Source: an uncultured Rickettsiales bacterium
GTDB lineage: Bacteria > Pseudomonadota > Alphaproteobacteria > Rickettsiales > RGZB01
NCBI GenBank assembly: GCA_964467255.1
Contig: CAYXPR010000003.1
Span: 1,145 to 65,144, forward strand
DNA: 64,000 bases
Direction of reading: 5' to 3'
Positions 9,401 through 17,069 of the stretch are shown piece by piece (the first letter of the stretch is position 1; each line of letters starts with the position of its first letter). The notes under the pieces are model-generated. The model ran no database searches and was not told the DNA's origin. It worked only from the letters and a program-made list of their open reading frames with translations. The position numbers and the translations under genes were made by a program.

Positions 9401-9791
9401 GGCCTCGCTAAACTTAGAGCCGAAGCCGGAATTTGCAAAAAATGCCAAGGCGCTCTCCACCAACGATGCGGTGGTGGTGCTCGATTTAAACCTCACGCCG
9501 GAACTGATTAACGAAGGTTTCGCGAGGGACGTGGTGCGCATGATTCAAGAATCGCGCAAGAACGCAAAGCTGAATATCTCAGACCGTATTGAGCTTACCA
9601 TCGAAACAGGTGAGAAATTAAAATCCGCGCTCGAGGCCAATAAAAATTATGTGGAAGAGCAGACGCTCTCAAGCATCCGTTTTGGCGCAGCCAGCGGCCA
9701 GCCGCACAGCGCGAGCGGTGAAATTGAAGGCGAAAAAATCACGCTGGGCTTTAGAACGCAAACGGGCGGCGCAAAGGCCGCCCGCGCTTAA
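6441..9791 (+). CDS. ileS: Isoleucyl-tRNA synthetase, type 2 (archaeal/eukaryote-like)
   Basis: FYDGPPFANGLPHYGH, GWDCHGLP, WTTTPWTLPSN, DWSISRNRFWG, KLSKR; long IleRS2-type C-terminus (EGFARDVVRMIQESRK). Confidence 0.96.
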   Translation: MTSAKTALYQEVSSSPDLPKIEQAVLAAWKSGETFKASVEGRSKNTEPSARGAAPHASGSTAGASNNEFIFYDGPPFANGLPHYGHLLTSFVKDTVARYQTMKGRRTERRFGWDCHGLPAEMESEKELKISGRAAIEQFGIANFNNHCRESVMKYTGIWQDVITRAARWVDFENDYKTMDTDYMESVIWAFSELYKKGLVYESHRVMPYSWAAETPLSNFETRMDGAYKDREDKAITVAFRLKEKPKGAPDAKNYYLLAWTTTPWTLPSNLGLAVSNKLLYSGYVDGENCYYLLESAGEKYFPESTKAQGGKANSPEERVELAAKYPRHPINGSELLGLSYEPLFPYFAKTENAFKILDGSDFIEEGSGTGVVHLAPGFGEDDQRVCEKAGIPVICPVDEKGCFTNEISDLPKLSLKGLNVLEANQKSADEPYTDSQLAKYGLANLRIITWLKENGRLIKQEDYKHSYPHCWRTDKPLIYKALPSWYVEVTKFKDRMVSLNQNINWIPEHIKNGQFGNWLEGARDWSISRNRFWGCPIPVWRGSKGGIKVFGSIAELETFFETKVTDLHRPFIDALTIEKDGEKWTRVSDVFDCWFESGSMPFAQVHYPFENKQWFETHFPADFIVEYVGQTRGWFYTLMVLATALFDKEPFKNCICHGIILDAEGKKLSKRLRNYPDPNDMFNVYGADAMRWRMLKEPVMHGGNLLISKDGSDIKEVVRLSLQPIWNAYRFFTMYANADGVKAEFDTSSTQLLDRYILAKCRDAVEKIDTAMGKYLLPEACTAVEDFFEALNNWYIRRSRDRFWSEEKNADKQAAYNTLYTVITTMMRASASLLPLLTEEIYTKLTGEKSIHLVDFPSVAKFPNEKELAADMDRVRDACNVALAIRNEKNIRVRQPLQSIKIVGFTLNPELSMLLLDEANVKHYEGVAPLFLASYTTFKLQINFPVLGKRLPEKMKQIIPASKKGEWKQNAAGRIEICGEELLPEEASLNLEPKPEFAKNAKALSTNDAVVVLDLNLTPELINEGFARDVVRMIQESRKNAKLNISDRIELTIETGEKLKSALEANKNYVEEQTLSSIRFGAASGQPHSASGEIEGEKITLGFRTQTGGAKAARA
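6570..6635 (+). repeat. Palindromic repeat element inserted in frame in ileS (RPE-like)
   Basis: gagccatcagcccgcggagcggcgccccatgcgagcg...agcgggggca aligns with intergenic 41021-41090; encodes the extra peptide NTEPSARGAAPHASGSTAGAS. Confidence 0.55.
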
Positions 9792-9807
9792 GCTCAAGAA
9801 ATCTAAA

Positions 9808-9945
9808 TTATTCGCCGGAACCGGTGCTCGGTGCGGGCGTTTCCGTGGAAGGCGCTACAATGCCACCATCCGTTTCATCGCACGCCATCACTGGTGTGCT
9901 CAGCAGCATCATTACGGCAAAAATTGAAAAAATACGGGTCATCAT
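9808..9945 (-). CDS. Small secreted peptide (45 aa, MMTRIFSIFAVMMLLSTPVMACDETDGGIVAPSTETPAPSTGSGE)
   Basis: Manual translation; GGAG SD; hydrophobic signal peptide followed by an acidic Pro/Ser/Thr tail. Confidence 0.6.
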   Translation of the reverse strand: MMTRIFSIFAVMMLLSTPVMACDETDGGIVAPSTETPAPSTGSGE

Positions 9946-9981
9946 CGTGTTTGCTCCCAAAGCTGGTTTGAAGCGCTTATT

Positions 9982-10386
9982 CTACGCTTTTTTCCTTAAC
10001 AAATCCCTAATTTCCGTCAACAATTTGATATCTTCGGGTTTTTCAGCCGGAGTGGCGGGTTTTGGGGCTTCCGCGCGCTTTAATTTATTGATGCCTTTTA
10101 CCATCATAAAAATGGCAAAAGCGATGATGGTGAAATCAAACATCACCTGAACAAACTTGCCATACGCCAGCACCACAGCGGGGCTTGCGCCTTCGGCCTC
10201 TTTCAGCGTGATGACAAATTGGGTGAAATCCACCCCGCCGATGAGTAAGCCCAGCGGCGGCATAATGATGTCTGCCACCAGCGAGGAAACGATTTTGCCA
10301 AACGCGGCGCCAATCACCACACCCACGGCGAGGTCAATCGCGTTGCCTTTGACTGCAAATTCCCTGAATTCCTTGAGTATGCTCAT
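9982..10386 (-). CDS. mscL: Large-conductance mechanosensitive channel
   Basis: [43 protein letters not shown]...LLTEIRDLL. Confidence 0.97.
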   Translation of the reverse strand: MSILKEFREFAVKGNAIDLAVGVVIGAAFGKIVSSLVADIIMPPLGLLIGGVDFTQFVITLKEAEGASPAVVLAYGKFVQVMFDFTIIAFAIFMMVKGINKLKRAEAPKPATPAEKPEDIKLLTEIRDLLRKKA

Positions 10387-10508
10387 ATTTATTATCCTTG
10401 ATGCGGGTTAAAATCAGCGCCACATCTTTAGCGCCCCGCGCGGGCTCTGGCAAGTAGGCTTTTTTAGCTCTTTTCGGGCACGGCGCGGCGTGCTAGGCTT
10501 CGCGCCTT

Positions 10509-11333
10509 ATGAAAAACGTAAAAACCATACGCACGCCGCAATTTGCCGCCAGCCATGTCTGGCAGCATCGCCGCCTGATTTTCACGCTGGCAAAGCGTGA
10601 GGTTTCCGCGCGTTTCCGCGGCTCTGTTTTGGGCGTATTCTGGGCGCTGCTGCTACCGCTCACCATGCTGGCGATTTACAGCCTCGTATTCGGCGTTATT
10701 TTTAAAGCACGCTGGGGCGTTGAAACCGGTGCAAAAGGCGAATTTGCCATTATTTTATTCACCGGCCTACTCCTCCATGCACTACTGGCAGACTTAATCA
10801 CCCGCAGCCCGCTCCTCATGGTGCATAACGCGAATTTCGTGAAAAAAGTAGTGTTTCCGCTTGAAATTTTGCCCGTGGTGGCGCTGCTTTCCGGCCTGTT
10901 CCAGTTCTGCGTGGGCTTTACCGTGCTGCTGGTCGGCACATTTTTGGTTTATGGCACATTGCCGCTCACGCTGCTTTTAGCGCCGCTTATCGTATGGCCG
11001 TTTGCCTGTATTGTGCTGGGCGGGTGTTGGTTTTTGGCCGCCGTTGGTGTTTATTTCCGCGACATCGCTCAGGTCATGGGTGTGGCCGCCACGCTACTGC
11101 TGTTTTTCAGTACGGTATTTTATCCCGCCGAACACCTACCCGCAGCGCTGCAACCGCTGATTTATTTAAACCCGATTTCGTTTGCGGCGGACCAATTGCG
11201 CCTCGTCACACTGCAGGGTGCGTGGCCGGACTGGAATGGTTTAGCGCTGTACTACGCGGCGGCGTTTTTTGCGCTGGTGTTTGGGTTTGCTGTATTCCAG
11301 CGCGCGCGGAAAGGATTTGCCGATGTCCTCTGA
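10509..11333 (+). CDS. wzm: ABC-2 polysaccharide export permease (Wzm/RfbA-like)
   Basis: REVSARFRGSVLGVFW...NANFVKKVVFPLE...YFRDIAQ...NPIS...GFADVL. Confidence 0.92.
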   Translation: MKNVKTIRTPQFAASHVWQHRRLIFTLAKREVSARFRGSVLGVFWALLLPLTMLAIYSLVFGVIFKARWGVETGAKGEFAIILFTGLLLHALLADLITRSPLLMVHNANFVKKVVFPLEILPVVALLSGLFQFCVGFTVLLVGTFLVYGTLPLTLLLAPLIVWPFACIVLGGCWFLAAVGVYFRDIAQVMGVAATLLLFFSTVFYPAEHLPAALQPLIYLNPISFAADQLRLVTLQGAWPDWNGLALYYAAAFFALVFGFAVFQRARKGFADVL

Positions 11334-12621
11334 TACCGCGATTCGCATCAAAAACCTTTCCAAAACCTACCGGCTGTATGCCCGCCCGCGTGACCGGCTG
11401 ATTGAGCTTCTCACCGGCCGCCAGTATTTTGTGCCCTTTGCGGCGCTGAACAACGTGTCACTCGACATCAAAAAAGGCGAAACGCTGGGGCTCGTGGGGC
11501 ATAATGGCTCGGGCAAATCCACACTGTTACAGCTCATTTGTGGCACGCTTACCGCCACCAGCGGGCAGATTGAAACACAAGGCCGCATTTCTGCACTACT
11601 GGAACTCGGCGCAGGCTTTAACCCTGAATTCACCGGCCATGAAAATATTTTTCTAAACGCCGCGATTTTAGGGCTTACGGATGCCGAAACACGCGAGAAA
11701 TATGACGCGATTGTGGCTTTTTCCGGCATTGGCGCACATCTGCAGCAGCCGGTAAAAACCTATTCCAGCGGCATGTATGTGCGCCTTGCTTTCGCCATCG
11801 CGATTGCCAGCGAGCCGGATATCCTGATTGTCGATGAAGCGCTTTCCGTGGGTGACATTGCGTTTCAGCGCAAATGCTTTTCGCGCATCCGTGAATTGCA
11901 GGCCAAGGGCGCCACCGTAGTGTTCGTGTCGCACTCGGTGAACACAATTTTAGAACTGTGCGACCGCGCAGTACTGCTCGACCACGGCGAAAAGCTGATG
12001 GAGGGCGCGCCTGCAGCCGTTATGGCGCAATACCACCGCCTGATGTTCGCACCTGAAAAAGCGCTGCCTGCCGTGCGGGCGGAAATCCGCGCGGGTATTG
12101 CGCAAAACTCTGCATCGCCCTCGAAAAAATCGCTCGCCGCGCATTTCGACCCATACCTTGCACCGGAAAGCACCGTGTTTTATGAGCCGAATGGTGCGGA
12201 AATCAGCAACATCCGCGTCACCGATGCCAAGGGCAACCCCGTCAATCTGCTGAAGCGCGGCAAAACTTATCATTACCGCTACGATGTGCGTTTTCTAGAA
12301 GCCGCAAAATCCGTGCGCTTCGGCATGAATATCAAAACGAATACGGGCATGGTGCTGGGCGGCGCCTCCACCCATACCGAAAAAAAGCCGATTGCGGCAA
12401 TTAAAAAGGGCAAAAAAATCAGCGTGGATTTCAGCTTCACCTGCCGCTTGCTCCCCGGCGTATACTTTACCAACGCAGGCTGCACCGCAGTAAAGCAGTC
12501 TGAGCGCGTGAATCTGCACCGCGTGCTGGATGCCTGCCTGTTCCGTGTGCTGCCCGAGGCAGAAGAAACCGCCACCGGTAAGGTGGATTTTGGCATTACC
12601 TCAACCGTGAAAGGCGTGTAA
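11323..12621 (+). CDS. wzt: Polysaccharide ABC transporter ATPase with C-terminal Wzt_C-like carbohydrate-binding domain
   Basis: GHNGSGKST, YSSGMYVRLAFA, DEALSVGD; beta-rich extension of about 150 aa; start reassigned to ATG 11323. Confidence 0.92.
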   Translation: MSSDTAIRIKNLSKTYRLYARPRDRLIELLTGRQYFVPFAALNNVSLDIKKGETLGLVGHNGSGKSTLLQLICGTLTATSGQIETQGRISALLELGAGFNPEFTGHENIFLNAAILGLTDAETREKYDAIVAFSGIGAHLQQPVKTYSSGMYVRLAFAIAIASEPDILIVDEALSVGDIAFQRKCFSRIRELQAKGATVVFVSHSVNTILELCDRAVLLDHGEKLMEGAPAAVMAQYHRLMFAPEKALPAVRAEIRAGIAQNSASPSKKSLAAHFDPYLAPESTVFYEPNGAEISNIRVTDAKGNPVNLLKRGKTYHYRYDVRFLEAAKSVRFGMNIKTNTGMVLGGASTHTEKKPIAAIKKGKKISVDFSFTCRLLPGVYFTNAGCTAVKQSERVNLHRVLDACLFRVLPEAEETATGKVDFGITSTVKGV

Positions 12622-12631
12622 ACCACTTCCC

Positions 12632-13360
12632 ATGCTTCAGTTTTTAGGAATCGGCGCACAAAAAAGCGGCACCACGTGGCTCTATGAAAATTTAGCCAAG
12701 CACCCGCAGGTTTACTTCCCTGGCGGCAAAGAGGTGCATTTCTTTGACATGTTCTTCACGCGCGGGCTCGATTGGTATCTCTCGCAATTCCCCGATAATA
12801 CCGATAAAATCAACGGCGAAATCACGCCTGCTTACGCCATTTTGGAAGAGGCGAAAATCCGCCTGATTCACGATATTAATCCTGCGCTACGGCTGTTTTA
12901 TATTTTGCGTGACCCGCGCGAGCGCGCGTGGAGCGCCGCGAAAATGGAAATGGGCCGCGCCGGAAAAACGTATGCCGAAACCAGCGACGAATGGTTTATC
13001 GACCAGTTTTATTCCGACGCCTCGCTAAAACGCGGTGATTACCGTACCTGCCTGATGAACTGGCAGAGCGTATTCCCCAAAGGCCAATTGCTGCTGCTGA
13101 AATTCACCGACATCCGCAACAATCCGCACACCCTCATGCAACAACTCGCCAAGCATGTTGGCATTGATGCAGGTTTTTACGCGGCTGAGCGCAGCGAAAT
13201 CATTACGGGCAAGGTGTTTGCCAACCCCGAAGAAATCATCCGCCCTTCTTTAAAGCGCGCGCTGCATAAGCTTTATGCGCCACAGATTGAAGAAATCAAT
13301 CGCTTCCTCGGCTCTGCGTGGTTTGATGAGGAAGACCCCGCCTGGGCTTCTTCCCTATGA
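12632..13360 (+). CDS. Sulfotransferase (heparan-sulfate-sulfotransferase-like PAPS motifs)
   Basis: IGAQKSGTTWL (5'-PSB loop), KEVHFFD, GEITPAY, LRDPRERAWS (3'-PB). Confidence 0.9.
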   Translation: MLQFLGIGAQKSGTTWLYENLAKHPQVYFPGGKEVHFFDMFFTRGLDWYLSQFPDNTDKINGEITPAYAILEEAKIRLIHDINPALRLFYILRDPRERAWSAAKMEMGRAGKTYAETSDEWFIDQFYSDASLKRGDYRTCLMNWQSVFPKGQLLLLKFTDIRNNPHTLMQQLAKHVGIDAGFYAAERSEIITGKVFANPEEIIRPSLKRALHKLYAPQIEEINRFLGSAWFDEEDPAWASSL

Positions 13361-14106
13361 CACCGCTTTATTTCCTGCATATCGCCAAAACGGCGGGCAC
13401 ATCGCTGATTCATTTTCTGGATGGGCAATTCCCTAAAGACCAGATTGCGCCCTTTTCGCTCACCCATGAACTGGCCGCCGCGCTTAAAAAAGACCCACAA
13501 TGCCTTGAAAAATACGCCCTCCTGCACGGGCATTTAGGTTATTCCCCCGTGACGATGATGAAGCAGAAGCCGCAGATTATCACCCTGCTGCGCGAACCGG
13601 TGGCCCGCACCCTCTCGCATTATCGCCATATTTTGCGCCACAAAGACCACTGGCTATTTGCCGATTTGCCGAAAAAAAGCCTTTCGCTGGAAGAATTCCT
13701 CGATTACCCGCCCGCACAAAGGCTGGTCACCAATTTCCAAACGCGCAACCTCGCGCAGGATTTTGACTTCACCAAGCCCATCGCCGAAGCAACCGGAAAA
13801 GCACTTCAGCCTAATCTTGGCAGGCTTTTATCGTTTGTGCGCCCCGCACTTTCAGAAGATAATCTCTTAAACGTGGCCACAGAGCGCCTTGCAGCTATGG
13901 ACCTTGTGGGCACCACAGAAACATTCGACACATTCGTCACCACGCTTTGCAAACAGCGCGGCTGGGCCGCGCCTGCAACAACACTCAGGCACAACACTGC
14001 CCCCGCAGAGAGCCTCGACAGCCTCGCACCCGCCACACGGAAAAAAATTGAAGCCTTGACCGCACTGGACAGAGTGCTGTACCGTGCCGCTGGCTGCGGG
14101 GCATAG
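13357..14106 (+). CDS. Sulfotransferase family 2 protein
   Basis: FLHIAKTAGTS, ITLLREPVARTLSHY, NFQTR, D..LY; 4-bp overlap with the previous gene. Confidence 0.88.
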   Translation: MTPLYFLHIAKTAGTSLIHFLDGQFPKDQIAPFSLTHELAAALKKDPQCLEKYALLHGHLGYSPVTMMKQKPQIITLLREPVARTLSHYRHILRHKDHWLFADLPKKSLSLEEFLDYPPAQRLVTNFQTRNLAQDFDFTKPIAEATGKALQPNLGRLLSFVRPALSEDNLLNVATERLAAMDLVGTTETFDTFVTTLCKQRGWAAPATTLRHNTAPAESLDSLAPATRKKIEALTALDRVLYRAAGCGA

Positions 14107-14361
14107 GCCTCGCTCCTACCACCATCCGCCTGTAGCATTTTTACAACAAGGGCAGAAATTTACAGGCTTTATTTGAAAACATGGTTTGGCACTGGTTGCG
14201 CGCCTGTTTGAAAAATGCTTGATATTGGACGTTTTTTATACTAATCACGCTGTGTGGTTGTATTCAGGTATTGCGTTTGAAAGTATTTCTGCGTAGTTTC
14301 CTGTAATCGGTTGGTTTGGTTTTTAACTTAAGTTTTGTAACTCTCAAATAAGAGGTTTTAG

Positions 14362-16947
14362 ATGGCTACTTTTAATTTTTCATCTGTGGTTGGCACTTCC
14401 GTTGCCTTCGTAACGGGCGATGTTCTGAACTTTAACATTGCAAATAACACGCTGGTGCTGCCAACGCAGGTTGACCTGTCCGATGTGACGGGTGGCGTTC
14501 TGGTCGCAACGAATCTGGGTAACGTAACCCTCACGGGCGTAACGCTTGCTGAACTCTTCAGCGATAACTTCACCTTCAACGGTCAGGTTGACACGAACGG
14601 TCAGATCCTGATTGGTGATGAAACGAACAACACCTCCCTCGATGCTATTGGTAACACGATCACGGCAGCTGCCGGTGCGCGTATCTATGGTCTCGGTGGC
14701 GCTGACAACATCGCCGGTTCTGGTGGTGCTGACAAAATCTCCGGCGGCGAAGGTGGCGACACCATCGACGCAAATGCTGGTAATGACGTAGTCAACGGCA
14801 ATAAAGGCAATGACAACATCGACGGCGACACGGGTAACGATTCCATCCGCGGCGGTCAGGATGCTGACACGATCGATGCTGGCGGTGGTATTGACACCAT
14901 CCTCGGTGACCTCGGTAACGACAGCCTCGTTTCCAGCGATGGTACGGATAATGCCGTAGCTGACTCTGTAAATGCACAAGGCGGTGCAGGCAACGACGTG
15001 ATTGACCTTTCCGCTCTGAACGACACGATTGACGGTTCCAACGTAAACGGCAATGCCGGTACGGACACCATCACGGGTACGGCTGGTGCTGACACGCTGA
15101 AAGGCGGTGCTGATGCTGACACCATTACGGGTGGCACGGGCGCGAACGACATCAACGGTAACCTCGGTGCTGACGTAATCACCGGTGGTGCTGATGCTGC
15201 TGAAACGATTCGTGGCGGCGCAGGCAACGACACCATTTCTACCGGCGGTTCTACGGCTGGTGGCGATAGCGTAAACGGCGACCTGGGTGATGACAACATC
15301 ACGGTTCAGGACGGTGGTACGGATATCGGCGCAACCGTAACCGGTGGCGAAGGTGCTGACACGATTTCTGGCGTAGCTCTCGATGCAACGGAAGAACTCG
15401 ATGCAAACGGCAATGAAGGCCTCGACGTTATCACCGGCGGTGCTGGTGACGACATCCTGCGCGGCGGTGCTGATGCAGACACGATCACGGGTTCCAACGG
15501 TGCTGACACGCTGAACGGTAACGCAGGTGACGACTCTGTCACGAGCGGTACTGGCACGGCTGGTGCAACGATCGACGGTGGTGAAGGTAACGACACGCTG
15601 GCCGGTGGTGCATCCACGGCTGCAACGGGCGATAACAGCATCGTGGGTGGCGCTGGTAACGACGTTATCACGAACGCTTCTACGGCTGGCACGAGCACGA
15701 TTTCTGGTGGCGATGGCGATGACTCCGCTACGCAGACCGGTGCTGGCGCAGCAAACGTCGACGGCGGTGCAGGTTCTGACACGCTCACGGGCGGTGCAGC
15801 AGCTGACACGCTGGTCGGTGGCGCAGGCGACGATACGCTTAGCGGTCTGGCTGGTGGCGACGTCATCACGGCTGGCGATGGTGCGGACAGCATCACGTCT
15901 GGTGCGAACGCTGACACCATCACGGGCGATGCTGGCAACGACACCATCAACCTTGCTGCTGGCAACGACAACGTTGATGCTGGTGCAGGTGATGATGAAA
16001 TCAACATCGCTGAAGCCAACATCGATGCCAACGACACGCTGGCAGGTGGTGCAGGTACCGACACGCTGACCTTCACCGACGCAGTGACTCTGGTTGCTGG
16101 TGATTATGTCAGCAAGGTAAGCATCGAAGTGCTTGACTTCACTGCTGCAGCCTTTGCTGCTGGCGTGATCTCTGCTGACTTCGTTGCAGCTTCTGACACG
16201 GCCGATAGCGATGGTTCTGGTAGCTCACTGCTGCTCTCGGGTGGTACTCAGACCCTTTCCATCGACACCTCAGGTGTAGCAGCTGGTAACACGGTAGTTG
16301 TAAGCACGACGGGTGCAGTAACCCTGTCTGCCAACGCGGATCGTATCCGCCTGGCTGATGGCGTGAACCATGCGATCACGGCTGGCAACGGTTCCGACAC
16401 GGTTGAAGGTGGCACGGGTGCTGACACCATCACGGGTGGCACGGGCGACAACCTGTTGCAGGGTGGTTCGGGTGCTGACAGCCTGGTGGCTGCTGGCGGT
16501 CTTGACACGCTCACGGGTGGTGCAGGTGCTGACACGTTCGACTTCGCAGCTCTGTCCTTGCTGACGGGTGCTCCGACCTTCACGGAACTGTCTGTAATCA
16601 CGGACTTCAACGCCGCACAAGGCGACGTGATTCAGGTAGTTGGTCTGCTCGGTGTTGCAGAACTGACGGGTGGTGGCGCAACGGTTGCAACGGGCGGCGT
16701 AGCCTCCACGGCTCTGACGGTTGCGGTGGTTGACGGCCTGTTTGACAGCGCCGCTGGTACGGTGACTGCTCATCGCTTCGATGCTGGTGCGAACAACGCT
16801 GACGTTCTGTTCTTCAACACGACGGACAGCAAGACGTTCCTTGTTGTTGACGTGAACGATGACGGTAGCTTCACCGCTGCTGACTTCATTGCTGAAGTCA
16901 CTGGCCTGAGCCTCACCGGCTTCGCAGTTGCTACGGACATTATCTAA
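14362..16947 (+). CDS. RTX-repeat Ca2+-binding surface protein, probable S-layer subunit (RsaA-like), 861 aa
   Basis: Many GGxGxD nonapeptides; Ala/Gly/Thr/Asp-rich; no signal peptide; strong codon bias (GGT/GCT/GAC); GAGG SD; own terminator. Confidence 0.8.
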   Translation: MATFNFSSVVGTSVAFVTGDVLNFNIANNTLVLPTQVDLSDVTGGVLVATNLGNVTLTGVTLAELFSDNFTFNGQVDTNGQILIGDETNNTSLDAIGNTITAAAGARIYGLGGADNIAGSGGADKISGGEGGDTIDANAGNDVVNGNKGNDNIDGDTGNDSIRGGQDADTIDAGGGIDTILGDLGNDSLVSSDGTDNAVADSVNAQGGAGNDVIDLSALNDTIDGSNVNGNAGTDTITGTAGADTLKGGADADTITGGTGANDINGNLGADVITGGADAAETIRGGAGNDTISTGGSTAGGDSVNGDLGDDNITVQDGGTDIGATVTGGEGADTISGVALDATEELDANGNEGLDVITGGAGDDILRGGADADTITGSNGADTLNGNAGDDSVTSGTGTAGATIDGGEGNDTLAGGASTAATGDNSIVGGAGNDVITNASTAGTSTISGGDGDDSATQTGAGAANVDGGAGSDTLTGGAAADTLVGGAGDDTLSGLAGGDVITAGDGADSITSGANADTITGDAGNDTINLAAGNDNVDAGAGDDEINIAEANIDANDTLAGGAGTDTLTFTDAVTLVAGDYVSKVSIEVLDFTAAAFAAGVISADFVAASDTADSDGSGSSLLLSGGTQTLSIDTSGVAAGNTVVVSTTGAVTLSANADRIRLADGVNHAITAGNGSDTVEGGTGADTITGGTGDNLLQGGSGADSLVAAGGLDTLTGGAGADTFDFAALSLLTGAPTFTELSVITDFNAAQGDVIQVVGLLGVAELTGGGATVATGGVASTALTVAVVDGLFDSAAGTVTAHRFDAGANNADVLFFNTTDSKTFLVVDVNDDGSFTAADFIAEVTGLSLTGFAVATDII

Positions 16948-16974
16948 TCGATAATTCCAACGCTAAAAGAATTG

Positions 16975-17004
16975 GGGCGCTCCTTACGGGGCGCCCTTTT
17001 TCTT
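16975..17004 (+). terminator. Rho-independent terminator
   Basis: GGGCGCTCC-TTAC-GGGGCGCCC hairpin followed by TTTTTCTTT. Confidence 0.85.
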
Positions 17005-17069
17005 TACCCCGCCGCGCTTTCGCGCTACACTGTGCACACACATAAAACCTTTCTTATGCACAGGCGCCC

